A stretch of DNA of 64,000 nucleotides from the NCBI RefSeq assembly GCF_054482525.1, contig NZ_CM137006.1. The stretch is one strand, 5' to 3'. Under the pieces are notes generated by a model, which did no database searches, was not told the DNA's origin, and saw only the letters and a program-made list of their open reading frames with translations. The position numbers and the translations under genes were made by a program. Positions 24,295 to 34,329 of this stretch are shown in pieces. Positions within the stretch are counted from its first letter, which is position 1. Each line of letters begins with the position of its first letter.

Positions 24295-25424
24295 ACTAAG
24301 TGCTCTTCCATCACGGCATCCTGTTTTCTGGATGCCATCGCATAGCGCAACAGCACGCCACCACAAGCCACCATCCCGCCGATCATCGCAGAAAGGATCA
24401 CAATAATCGCCTTACCCGGACCGTCTTTTTTCACTGGCAATGACGGGCTTAACTGATATTTAAACGGCGTAAAATTCACATCGTTGATATTTGCTTTTGT
24501 TAACTGCTCAACAAGATACTGACGATTACGTAATTCACCGTTCAGTTCCGCAACGTCAGTGACCGCTTTTTCAATTTCCAGTTTGCGTTCAATACCGTCT
24601 GCGCCGAGAGAAATAGAGAAATCGGGGTCATCTTTAACGGCCTGACCATTACTGTAAACGGGCTTTTTAATTCCTGCCGCGTTGGCAATGTCGAGTGAAT
24701 AATTGAGGCGCTGAATGTTTGCATCAAGTTGATTTTTCGTTTTAATGCGATCCTGAGCCAGTTTTTCTTTTTCAAACTGGGTTTTGATCTCCAGTTTATT
24801 ACGGACGTTTTCTATCGACTCTTTCACCACCAACGCAGAGATATAATCGATATACCCGCTCAAAACGGTCTGCGCCTCTTCGCTGGTTGGCGCGGTAAAA
24901 CTTAGCGTCCAGGAGGTATACAGTGACGGTTCATCTTTTTTCTTACTGGCATTGTCATCAACCGCTTTCATTTTTTCGCTCAATGCGACAATTGCGCGAT
25001 GCAAATCCAGTTCGTCGATTTTCGCCTCTTTTAATTGGTCCATCACATAAGGTGTTGAGCGCAGGTACTCTTCCAGCAAGCTAACCGACTGAAACTTCTT
25101 GATAAACAGGTTAAATGCTTCTGTACGATCAATTTTGATATCCAGATCCAGCACACGAAGCTTAGTGAATGTTTTCTCAAGCGCCTGCCACTGAACAGGT
25201 TCTGGAGGTGTGACAACCGCCGCGCTGGTCCATTTTTGCGGCAGGATGAAAGAGATCAGTAAACCTGCGCAGGCAAACGCAAAAACGACCGCCATGACCG
25301 TTTTTTTGGCTCGCCATAAAACTTCAATTAGATTAAGTAAATCAATTTCATTATTACTGGGCGACGCCAGAGGATACTCGGGAAAATGAGCGTCGCTTCC
25401 CTGTTTAATATTCAGTGATGACAT
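24291..25424 (-). CDS. fepE: Polysaccharide co-polymerase (Wzz-like) FepE
   Basis: 377-aa ORF with N- and C-terminal TM segments; comparatively AT-rich. Confidence 0.9.
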   Translation of the reverse strand: MSSLNIKQGSDAHFPEYPLASPSNNEIDLLNLIEVLWRAKKTVMAVVFAFACAGLLISFILPQKWTSAAVVTPPEPVQWQALEKTFTKLRVLDLDIKIDRTEAFNLFIKKFQSVSLLEEYLRSTPYVMDQLKEAKIDELDLHRAIVALSEKMKAVDDNASKKKDEPSLYTSWTLSFTAPTSEEAQTVLSGYIDYISALVVKESIENVRNKLEIKTQFEKEKLAQDRIKTKNQLDANIQRLNYSLDIANAAGIKKPVYSNGQAVKDDPDFSISLGADGIERKLEIEKAVTDVAELNGELRNRQYLVEQLTKANINDVNFTPFKYQLSPSLPVKKDGPGKAIIVILSAMIGGMVACGGVLLRYAMASRKQDAVMEEHLV

Positions 25425-25639
25425 GGGGTATAACCTGAAAATGAGTCCAATAGGGGAAAATCTCCACGGCGCTCACTTTACCAGTTGGTGAGAATTATCC
25501 GAAGCTGAAGTTTGTAAATTCCTTCCACTGAATGCAACATTCACTCTATTTAAGAGAAATATCCACCAAACTTATAAATTAAATAAATGATAAACCCATA
25601 ATCATTTCCTGTAATTATAGGTTTATGGATAATATTAAT

Positions 25640-28600
25640 TTACCTGTTTAGCGTAGCGCGAATAATCGGCCCAATTTTTTCAAACGCCCCTGGAGAGATA
25701 ATATCCACATGCGCACAATCCTGACGATAGATATCCAGCTCCGCAATCCACGGCGACCAGGCGCGTTCGGGATTCATACCTTCCTGAAGTGTGCGTTCAG
25801 CAACAAACAGCGTCGCTTTACCTTCAAACGGTACGCTATGAGCAGTCGTCAGCAGGCGCACAGCATCAGCGTAGTTGCCTTCAATGGTGGTAAACAACTC
25901 CGTTGAAGTACTTCCCTGTTGTGCCGCCAGGAAGGCCTCGCGCTCGCGGTTAATCTCCGCCAGCACTTCCGGGTCCAGGCCATTAGCCTCTTTTTCCTGC
26001 CAGTTTTGCGTTTCTGGCGGCCAGGTATCCAGCAAGCCAAGAAATGCCACCTGTTCACCACGGGCACGCAGCCGCGCCGCAATACCCTGCGCCAGCGTAC
26101 CGCCCAGCGAATACCCCAGCAGGTAATAAGGGCCGTGCGGTTGTTGTTCAAGTAACGTTGCCAGATGCGCTTCGCAGACTTCATCCAGATTTGCCGCGGT
26201 CTGCATGGGGCCATTGGGGCGCGGCGACTGAATGCCGATAATAGACCATTGTGGATCGAGATAACGCGAGAGCACGCTGAACTGCCAGGCAAAACCGGAC
26301 GCAGGATGGAAACAAAACAGCGTCGGGCCATTACCTTCACGCAACGGCAGAATGGTTTCGAATCCCATGCGCCGGGAGCTGTCCTCGTCACCATCAATAA
26401 TCGTTGCCAGTTTGGCGACGGTTGATGCGACCATCACCTGCCCCGGCGTCACCTGACGGGCAAACTGCCGACTTAACTGCGCTGCCAATTTCATTGCCAG
26501 TAGCGAATGACCACCAAGCGCGAAGAAGTCAGCATCGGCATCCTGCACGTCACAACCCAGCAACGACGCGAATGCCGCAGCGATAATCGTTTCACTGCCC
26601 GCTTTCGGCGCACGCCCCGGCGCTTGTGCTTTCAGTTCAGGCAACGGTAAGGCTTTGCGATCCAGCTTGCCGTTGGCGCTAAGCGGCAACTGCGGAAGTT
26701 GCAGCAGAACCACGGGCACCATATGCGGTGGCAATGTTTCGCGCAACTGCGCCTGCAATGCAGTGGTATCCAACGGCAGGCCCGATTGCGACACCAGATA
26801 GCCCACCAACTGACGCGCATCACCACCAGTGGCTGCCGCCTGGTTAATCACACAGGCGTGGGTAACGGCCTGTTCGACATCCGGCAGCGCCTGCATCACG
26901 CGATCAATTTCGCCTAGTTCGATACGCTGCCCGCGAATTTTTAGCTGATCGTCACTGCGCCCGAGGTACTCCACTGCGCCGTTATCCAGCCAGCGGGCAA
27001 CGTCTCCGGTACGGTACATCCGTTCACCTGGGGCAAAAGGATCGGCAATAAAGCGACTGGCGGTCAGATCGGGTCGTCCCAGATACCCCTGCGCCAGTTG
27101 AATACCGGTGAGATAGAGATCACCCGCCACACCTGGCGGCACCGGATGCATCATCGCATCAAGAATACGCAGGCCCGTATTCCACACCGGATAACCAATC
27201 GGCACACTGCTACCGCGCACCTGTGCCAGTTCCTCGCCAAAAGCCGGATACCAGCTGACATCTACCGCCGCTTCCGTCGGGCCATATAGATTATGCAACG
27301 GCACGCTGGTTAACTGTTGCCATTCGCGGCATAAATCAGCGGGTAAGGCCTCACCACTACAGAAAACCTGTTTCAACGTCGCGCAATTCTGACGAGCGGT
27401 TTGCGGAGTCAGCGATGCAACAAATGCCGCCAGCATCGACGGCACAAAGTGCGTGGTCGTTACGCCATATTCGGCAAAGAATTGCTGCATAGCGAGCGGG
27501 TCGCGGTGCGCTTCCGGTTCAGCCATCACCAGTTTAGCCCCGGCAATAAACGGCCAGAAAAACTCCCACACCGAGACATCAAAACTGCACGGCGTTTTTT
27601 GGGCAACGATATCTTCGCCTGTAAGCGGGTAGTGGTTTTGCATCCAAAGCAGGCGGTTAACGATAGCCGTCTGCCCGACCATTACCCCTTTCGGCCTGCC
27701 GGTGGAGCCAGAGGTAAAGATGATATAAGCCGTGTGGTGCGGTTGTGAAAGTTGCAGCGGCGCACTGCCCTGCGGTGTAAGCGGGGCGTTATAGCAAAGG
27801 CTGGTTAAATCTGGAACATCGGCAAAGCGCGGCAGTTGATCGTCGGTGGTGATTAACAGCGACGGACGCGCATCTTCCAGCATCATTTTCAGGCGATCGT
27901 CCGGATAGCCGGTATCCAGCGGTAACCAGGCCGCACCTGTTTCAACAATCGCATGTAGTGCCAGAGTCAAAAAGACCGAGCGCGGTAGCGCCACCGCCAC
28001 GCTGTCGCCTGGTTTAACGCCGCGCTCACGCAGCAGATTCGCCAGCGCCACCACCTGCTCGCGCATTTCCCGATAGCTGAACAGGTAACGCGCATCTGCC
28101 AGCGCCGGAGCATCCGGTGTTTTTGCCGCTTGTTCTGCCACCAGCGCGCTCAGCGTGGTTTCTGGAATCTCAACCTGAGTGGCGTTGATCTGCGCCAGCT
28201 GCACATATTCACCTGGCAGCATAATATCGACATCGCCGCACAACAGCGCCGGATCCGCGGCGAACTGGGCAATCAGCATTTTCAGGCGTTCAGCATGTTG
28301 AATTAACGTTGGCTCATCGTAACGCTGTTTATTGGCGAGGATCTCAATACTCAAATCACCGTGTTCATCCGGGAACAGGGCCAGTTCAAGGTCATTAACC
28401 GGACCGGTTGCCAGGGTATGGGTTTGCGCCTGAACACCAGGAATATCCAGTTGGTAATCAAATACCTTGATATTGAGTACCGGACCAAACAGCGGTTCAT
28501 CACCTGCCGCTCGCCCGCTGTCACGGACAATTTGTTCGGCATCGTAACGTTGATGACGACGCATTTTTTTCAGTTGTGCTGCCAGTCGGGTTGCCAGTTG

Positions 28601-29521
28601 CGGCAGCGTTTCTTGCGCCGCAATGTGAATACCCAACGGCAAAACGTTGAGCACGGGTCCGGTAGCCGTCAGCGCCGCCGAGCCCAGTCGACGCATAAAG
28701 ATAAATCCGGCAGCGTAGTCCATGCGGTTGCACAATCGCCCCAGCCACAAGGCTGCCAACGCAAGTGCTAAATCGGTACGCTGCACACCTGAAAGTTGCG
28801 TAGCCAGCTGGCGGAATTCCCCGTCGGTAAATTCCAGTTTCAGGCGTAGAATATCTGCCGAGGCGCTGCGCCCCGGTAAAGGTGCCGGAGAAAGTGACGC
28901 GGGCGGCGGCAATTGACGACGCTGTTCCGCCCAGAATGCCGCATCACGCTGCCAGGCTTCGCTTTCGCGGTATTGCTGGTACTCTTCCACTACATCAGCG
29001 AAAGGCGTAAACGGCGAAGCAGGCGTTGGTTCGCCACGCAGCCATGCGCAGTAAATATTGGCGATCTGGCGGGTAATGGCTGGGAAACTGAAGCCATCGA
29101 CCAGCAAATGGTGATAACGCTGATACCAGTACCAGCGGTTATCCGCCACCTGTATCAACTGATGAAAGACCAGTGGTTTACCGCTATCGACGCGCAGATC
29201 TTGTTGCAAATCTGCCTGCATTAATGCCCGCGCAGTACCGTGCGGATCAATGTTGGTTCGCAGGTCGATAATTTCTGGCAGTTCGAACGTCAGCGCATCA
29301 TCGACCCACTGCCAGACTTCGCCGTTATCTTCCGTAAAACACATCCGCAGCGTATCTGCTTGCGCTAATCCGGCAACCACCGCGCGGGCCAGTAATGGCG
29401 CATCAACCTCTCCGGTTAACTCAACGTAATGCGCCACGCTCCAGGCGGAGGGTAAATCCGACAGTTTTTCTGCCATCCAGATGCCGGGCTGTGCGGCGAC
29501 CAAAGGTAAATGCTGGCTCAT
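25640..29521 (-). CDS. entF: Enterobactin non-ribosomal peptide synthetase EntF (C-A-PCP-TE)
   Basis: ORF 25640-29659; start at MSQHLPLVAAQPGIWMAEKL gives 1293 aa; carrier motif GGHSLLAM, thioesterase GYSLGG. Confidence 0.95.
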   Translation of the reverse strand: MSQHLPLVAAQPGIWMAEKLSDLPSAWSVAHYVELTGEVDAPLLARAVVAGLAQADTLRMCFTEDNGEVWQWVDDALTFELPEIIDLRTNIDPHGTARALMQADLQQDLRVDSGKPLVFHQLIQVADNRWYWYQRYHHLLVDGFSFPAITRQIANIYCAWLRGEPTPASPFTPFADVVEEYQQYRESEAWQRDAAFWAEQRRQLPPPASLSPAPLPGRSASADILRLKLEFTDGEFRQLATQLSGVQRTDLALALAALWLGRLCNRMDYAAGFIFMRRLGSAALTATGPVLNVLPLGIHIAAQETLPQLATRLAAQLKKMRRHQRYDAEQIVRDSGRAAGDEPLFGPVLNIKVFDYQLDIPGVQAQTHTLATGPVNDLELALFPDEHGDLSIEILANKQRYDEPTLIQHAERLKMLIAQFAADPALLCGDVDIMLPGEYVQLAQINATQVEIPETTLSALVAEQAAKTPDAPALADARYLFSYREMREQVVALANLLRERGVKPGDSVAVALPRSVFLTLALHAIVETGAAWLPLDTGYPDDRLKMMLEDARPSLLITTDDQLPRFADVPDLTSLCYNAPLTPQGSAPLQLSQPHHTAYIIFTSGSTGRPKGVMVGQTAIVNRLLWMQNHYPLTGEDIVAQKTPCSFDVSVWEFFWPFIAGAKLVMAEPEAHRDPLAMQQFFAEYGVTTTHFVPSMLAAFVASLTPQTARQNCATLKQVFCSGEALPADLCREWQQLTSVPLHNLYGPTEAAVDVSWYPAFGEELAQVRGSSVPIGYPVWNTGLRILDAMMHPVPPGVAGDLYLTGIQLAQGYLGRPDLTASRFIADPFAPGERMYRTGDVARWLDNGAVEYLGRSDDQLKIRGQRIELGEIDRVMQALPDVEQAVTHACVINQAAATGGDARQLVGYLVSQSGLPLDTTALQAQLRETLPPHMVPVVLLQLPQLPLSANGKLDRKALPLPELKAQAPGRAPKAGSETIIAAAFASLLGCDVQDADADFFALGGHSLLAMKLAAQLSRQFARQVTPGQVMVASTVAKLATIIDGDEDSSRRMGFETILPLREGNGPTLFCFHPASGFAWQFSVLSRYLDPQWSIIGIQSPRPNGPMQTAANLDEVCEAHLATLLEQQPHGPYYLLGYSLGGTLAQGIAARLRARGEQVAFLGLLDTWPPETQNWQEKEANGLDPEVLAEINREREAFLAAQQGSTSTELFTTIEGNYADAVRLLTTAHSVPFEGKATLFVAERTLQEGMNPERAWSPWIAELDIYRQDCAHVDIISPGAFEKIGPIIRATLNR

Positions 29522-29736
29522 TGCGCCTCCTGCAACTGGGTGAAATTCGACGGTGTCAGAGTACGCCAGTGGGCTTCCAGCCACTGCTGGCAGGACGCCT
29601 GTGACTGCGGCTGACACACAACGTCCCAGCCTGCCGGTAAGGCGCATTGTTGCGGCCACAGACTGAATTGCCCCTGCGCATTGCGCAAAATGTAAAACGC
29701 TCCCTGCGGATCATCGAAGGGATTACTGAATGCCAT
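29518..29736 (-). CDS. ybdZ: MbtH-like protein YbdZ
   Basis: Start at MAFSNPFDDPQGAFYILRNAQGQFSLWP (72 aa); stop overlaps entF start. Confidence 0.9.
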   Translation of the reverse strand: MAFSNPFDDPQGAFYILRNAQGQFSLWPQQCALPAGWDVVCQPQSQASCQQWLEAHWRTLTPSNFTQLQEAQ

Positions 29737-29738
29737 AT

Positions 29739-30941
29739 TCAACTCCTGTCATGGAAAAGTGGTTGCCAGAGGTCGATTAGCCCCTGCATCAAGCCACCGC
29801 GCCAACAAAGCGCATCATGTCCGCCGTCAACCTGACGCCAGAAAATGGATTCTTTTATGGGGTGTAATTGCGCATACAGCGCCTGATTGGCCCGCATAAT
29901 CATCGGCTCGCGAATACCCGCTTCCAGCACAATGCGCAGACCTTCGGCGCTAACTTCACCAGCTTTAAGTTGCTCAAGTAAAACACCTTCTTGCTGCCCG
30001 CCCCGATGCGGCCACCAGTACGATCCTGACTGGCTTAATACACAGCCAAAGCGTTCAGGCCAGTGCAGTCCGGCATACAGCGCGGAAAGCCCACCAAAAC
30101 TCTGCCCGGCGACCACGGTGCGATCGGCGCGATCGTTAAAAGGGGCAATAGCTTTCACCAGGGGTAATAACTCTTGCTGTACTGCCAGCCAGAAATCCGC
30201 ATTACACGGCAGTTCGTGGGCGCGGTGCGTGGTGTCGATAGCGTCGATCAACACATACACGGCGGGAGGAAGTTGCCGACGATGGGTCAGCGAAGTTAGC
30301 GCAGGCCAGACGGGCATACTTTGCGCCCAAAATTCGCCATCGAGCAAAACTGCCAGCGGGCGTTCTTCTGCTGTTGCATCGCCGGTGGTAAAAATCCATA
30401 CACGGCGTGAATTTTTCAACCGTTCACTTTTCCAGATAATTTCTTTGGCAGGCGTTTCTGGCGCTTGCGGACAATTCCAACCCGGTTGTAGGGGCGCTTG
30501 CGGCATTTCGAGTGCAGAAACAGCGTGCCCTCGCCCGCCTTTCCAGCTTTGTGGATTCAGCGGATCGGCTATCGCCTGGGGTAATAGTTTTCGCCAGCCT
30601 TCGCGTAATTCGAGGCGATCGGGGGATGGTGCAGAAAAAATGTCATCGCGTTCAGTAGGAATAAAGCAGTAGCTGCCGCGCCAGTTGGCATTGAGTTGTG
30701 TCGTCCACTGCCAAACATCGGTTCCTGCAATTCGCTGCATCGACTGGGGCTGGCTGTTCTGATGGTGATCGGTCACACCAGTGATGTAGACCCATACGCG
30801 CTTTATCGTCGAGTATTCTTCAGAACCTTGGGGATCACGCCACCAGAAAGTGACCTCAAACATTTCGTCATTCAGACGCTGCCATTCCGGGCCATGTTTC
30901 GACTGCCACCAGCTCTCACTTCCTACTTTTAACGCCGTCAC
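29739..30941 (-). CDS. fes: Ferric enterobactin esterase Fes
   Basis: 400-aa ORF with alpha/beta hydrolase C-terminal domain (GQSFGG). Confidence 0.9.
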   Translation of the reverse strand: MTALKVGSESWWQSKHGPEWQRLNDEMFEVTFWWRDPQGSEEYSTIKRVWVYITGVTDHHQNSQPQSMQRIAGTDVWQWTTQLNANWRGSYCFIPTERDDIFSAPSPDRLELREGWRKLLPQAIADPLNPQSWKGGRGHAVSALEMPQAPLQPGWNCPQAPETPAKEIIWKSERLKNSRRVWIFTTGDATAEERPLAVLLDGEFWAQSMPVWPALTSLTHRRQLPPAVYVLIDAIDTTHRAHELPCNADFWLAVQQELLPLVKAIAPFNDRADRTVVAGQSFGGLSALYAGLHWPERFGCVLSQSGSYWWPHRGGQQEGVLLEQLKAGEVSAEGLRIVLEAGIREPMIMRANQALYAQLHPIKESIFWRQVDGGHDALCWRGGLMQGLIDLWQPLFHDRS

Positions 30942-30993
30942 ACCATAACCCCATGTTTACTGTGCAATTTTTCATTGATTGCAGAAATATATT

Positions 30994-31012
30994 GATAATA
31001 TTATTGATAACT
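30994..31012. promoter_or_regulatory. Fur box in fes/fepA bidirectional promoter region
   Basis: gataatattattgataact in the AT-rich divergent intergenic region. Confidence 0.55.
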
Positions 31013-31183
31013 ATTTGCATTTGCAATAGCGTAATGGCGCGCCGTGGGAAGCGCGGACATTAATTAACCAACTGCACTGCGTGTCTTTCAGGATCAAAGG
31101 TTTTCGCGGTAGCGGGATGCGTCGTGTTGATGACGACCATGCCCGACAGTTGCAATTCGTGGCAAAAATGCAGGAATAAAACA

Positions 31184-33424
31184 ATGAACAAGAAGATTCA
31201 TTCCCTGGCCTTGTTGGTCAATCTGGGGATTTATGGGGTAGCACAGGCACAAGAGCCAACCGATACTCCTGTTTCACATGACGATACCATTGTCGTTACC
31301 GCCGCCGAGCAGAACTTGCAGGCGCCTGGCGTTTCGACCATCACCGCAGATGAAATCCGCAAAAACCCGGTTGCCCGCGATGTGTCGGAGATCATCCGTA
31401 CCATGCCAGGCGTTAACCTGACCGGTAACTCCACCAGTGGTCAGCGTGGGAATAACCGACAGATTGATATTCGCGGCATGGGTCCGGAAAACACGCTGAT
31501 TTTGATTGACGGTAAACCGGTAAGCAGCCGTAACTCGGTGCGTCAGGGCTGGCGTGGCGAGCGCGATACCCGTGGTGATACCTCCTGGGTGCCACCTGAA
31601 ATGATTGAACGTATTGAAGTTCTGCGTGGTCCGGCAGCTGCGCGTTATGGCAACGGCGCGGCGGGCGGCGTGGTTAACATCATTACCAAAAAAGGCAGCG
31701 GTGAGTGGCACGGCTCCTGGGACGCTTATTTCAATGCGCCAGAACATAAAGAGGAAGGTGCCACCAAACGCACTAACTTTAGCCTCACCGGTCCGCTGGG
31801 CGACGAATTCAGCTTCCGCTTGTATGGCAACCTCGACAAAACTCAGGCTGACGCGTGGGATATCAACCAGGGCCATCAGTCCGCGCGTGCCGGAACGTAT
31901 GCCACGACGTTACCAGCCGGGCGCGAAGGGGTAATTAACAAAGATATTAATGGCGTGGTGCGCTGGGACTTCGCGCCTCTGCAATCACTCGAACTGGAAG
32001 CGGGCTACAGCCGCCAGGGTAACCTGTATGCGGGCGACACCCAGAACACCAACTCTGACTCCTATACCCGCTCGAAATATGGCGATGAAACCAACCGTCT
32101 GTATCGCCAGAACTACTCGCTGACATGGAACGGCGGCTGGGATAACGGCGTGACCACCAGCAACTGGGTGCAGTACGAACACACCCGTAACTCGCGTATT
32201 CCGGAAGGTCTGGCGGGCGGTACCGAAGGGAAATTTAACGAAAAAGCGACACAGGATTTCGTCGATATCGATCTCGATGACGTGATGCTGCACAGCGAAG
32301 TTAACCTGCCGATTGATTTCCTCGTTAACCAGACGCTGACGCTGGGTACGGAGTGGAATCAGCAGCGGATGAAGGATTTAAGTTCCAACACCCAGGCGCT
32401 CACTGGGACGAATACCGGCGGTGCTATTGATGGCGTGAGTGCCACCGACCGTAGCCCGTATTCAAAAGCAGAAATTTTCTCGCTATTTGCCGAAAACAAT
32501 ATGGAGCTGACTGACAGCACCATCGTAACGCCGGGGCTGCGTTTCGATCATCACAGCATTGTTGGCAATAACTGGAGTCCGGCGCTGAACATCTCGCAAG
32601 GTTTAGGCGATGACTTCACGCTGAAAATGGGCATTGCCCGTGCTTATAAAGCGCCGAGTCTGTACCAGACTAACCCGAACTACATTCTCTACAGTAAAGG
32701 TCAGGGCTGCTATGCCAGCGCGGGCGGCTGCTATCTGCAAGGTAATGATGACCTGAAAGCAGAAACCAGCATCAACAAAGAGATTGGTCTGGAGTTCAAA
32801 CGCGACGGCTGGCTGGCGGGCGTCACCTGGTTCCGTAACGATTATCGCAATAAGATTGAAGCGGGCTATGTGGCTGTAGGGCAAAACGCAGTCGGCACCG
32901 ATCTCTATCAGTGGGATAACGTACCGAAAGCGGTGGTTGAAGGTCTGGAAGGATCGTTAAACGTACCGGTTAGCGAAACGGTGATGTGGACCAATAACAT
33001 CACTTATATGCTGAAGAGTGAAAACAAAACCACGGGCGACCGTTTGTCGATCATCCCGGAGTATACGTTGAACTCAACGCTGAGCTGGCAGGCACGGGAA
33101 GATTTGTCGATGCAAACAACCTTCACCTGGTACGGCAAGCAGCAGCCGAAGAAGTACAACTATAAAGGTCAGCCAGCGGTTGGACCGGAAACCAAAGAAA
33201 TCAGCCCGTACAGCATTGTTGGCCTGAGCGCGACCTGGGATGTAACGAAGAATGTCAGTCTGACCGGCGGCGTGGACAACCTGTTCGACAAACGTTTGTG
33301 GCGTGCGGGTAATGCCCAGACCACAGGCGATCTGGCAGGAGCCAACTATATCGCCGGTGCCGGGGCATATACCTATAACGAGCCGGGACGTACGTGGTAT
33401 ATGAGCATTAATACTCACTTCTGA
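31184..33424 (+). CDS. fepA: TonB-dependent ferric-enterobactin outer-membrane receptor FepA
   Basis: ORF 31124-33424; start at MNKKIHSLALLVNLGIYGVAQA gives 746 aa; TonB box DTIVVTA, C-terminal F. Confidence 0.95.
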   Translation: MNKKIHSLALLVNLGIYGVAQAQEPTDTPVSHDDTIVVTAAEQNLQAPGVSTITADEIRKNPVARDVSEIIRTMPGVNLTGNSTSGQRGNNRQIDIRGMGPENTLILIDGKPVSSRNSVRQGWRGERDTRGDTSWVPPEMIERIEVLRGPAAARYGNGAAGGVVNIITKKGSGEWHGSWDAYFNAPEHKEEGATKRTNFSLTGPLGDEFSFRLYGNLDKTQADAWDINQGHQSARAGTYATTLPAGREGVINKDINGVVRWDFAPLQSLELEAGYSRQGNLYAGDTQNTNSDSYTRSKYGDETNRLYRQNYSLTWNGGWDNGVTTSNWVQYEHTRNSRIPEGLAGGTEGKFNEKATQDFVDIDLDDVMLHSEVNLPIDFLVNQTLTLGTEWNQQRMKDLSSNTQALTGTNTGGAIDGVSATDRSPYSKAEIFSLFAENNMELTDSTIVTPGLRFDHHSIVGNNWSPALNISQGLGDDFTLKMGIARAYKAPSLYQTNPNYILYSKGQGCYASAGGCYLQGNDDLKAETSINKEIGLEFKRDGWLAGVTWFRNDYRNKIEAGYVAVGQNAVGTDLYQWDNVPKAVVEGLEGSLNVPVSETVMWTNNITYMLKSENKTTGDRLSIIPEYTLNSTLSWQAREDLSMQTTFTWYGKQQPKKYNYKGQPAVGPETKEISPYSIVGLSATWDVTKNVSLTGGVDNLFDKRLWRAGNAQTTGDLAGANYIAGAGAYTYNEPGRTWYMSINTHF

Positions 33425-33463
33425 TGCTAACGTCAGATTGTTGACAAAGTGCGCGTCGTTCAT

Positions 33464-33562
33464 GCCGGATGCGGCGTGAACGCCTTATCCGGCCTACAAA
33501 AATCTTGCCAATTCAATATATTGCAGGACCACGTAGGCCTGATAAGCGTAGCGCATCAGGCA
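33464..33562. repeat. REP/BIME palindromic units
   Basis: gccggatgcggcgtgaacgccttatccggcctac and inverted partner gtaggcctgataagcgtagcgcatcaggc. Confidence 0.7.
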
Positions 33563-33598
33563 GTTTTGTGTTTGTCATCATTCTCTAATATGGTCGAC

Positions 33599-34219
33599 AT
33601 GAAAACTACGCATACCGCCCTCCCCTTTGCAGGACATACGCTGCATTTTGTTGAGTTTGATCCGGCGAGTTTTCGCGAGCAGGATTTACTCTGGCTGCCG
33701 CACTACGCGCAACTGCAACACGCTGGACGTAAACGTAAAACAGAGCATTTAGCCGGACGGATCGCTGCAGTTTATGCGCTGCGGGAATATGGCTATAAAT
33801 GTGTGCCCGCAATCGGCGAGCTACGCCAACCTGTGTGGCCTGCGGAGGTATACGGCAGTATTAGCCACTGTGGGGCTACGGCATTAGCCGTGGTATCTCG
33901 TCAACCGATTGGCATTGATATCGAAGAGATTTTCTCTGTACAAACCGCAAGAGAATTGACAAACAACATTATTACACCAGCAGAACACGAGCGACTCGCA
34001 GAATGCGGTTTAACCTTTTCTCTGGCGCTGACACTGGCATTTTCCGCCAAAGAGAGCGCATTTAAGGCAAGCAAGATACAGGCCACTCAAGGTTTTCTGG
34101 ATTATCAGATAATTAGCTGGAATAAACAGCAGATCATCATTCGACTAGAGGATGAGCAGTTTGCTGTGCACTGGCAGATAAAAGAAAAAATAGTCATAAC
34201 GCTGTGCCAACACGATTAA
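33599..34219 (+). CDS. entD: Phosphopantetheinyl transferase EntD
   Basis: ORF 33449-34219; start at MKTTHTALPFAGHTLHF (alternative MVDM 9 bp upstream) gives ~206 aa. Confidence 0.9.
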   Translation: MKTTHTALPFAGHTLHFVEFDPASFREQDLLWLPHYAQLQHAGRKRKTEHLAGRIAAVYALREYGYKCVPAIGELRQPVWPAEVYGSISHCGATALAVVSRQPIGIDIEEIFSVQTARELTNNIITPAEHERLAECGLTFSLALTLAFSAKESAFKASKIQATQGFLDYQIISWNKQQIIIRLEDEQFAVHWQIKEKIVITLCQHD

Positions 34220-34329
34220 TTGACAACATCTGGTACGATTCGCCCGCAGCCATCACTGACCACGGGCGAAAGTGTAAAGCAGGTGCCTTACCATCCTGAC
34301 CTGACAACCGGATATGCGGGGATTACTCC

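Noticed and set aside
25849-28771. Several 60-180 aa ORFs inside and antisense to entF (e.g. 25849-26397 minus, 28361-28771 plus)
   Set aside because: They lie wholly within the well-supported 1293-aa entF frame; they are Arg/Cys/Pro-rich with low complexity, as expected for spurious frames in GC-rich coding DNA.
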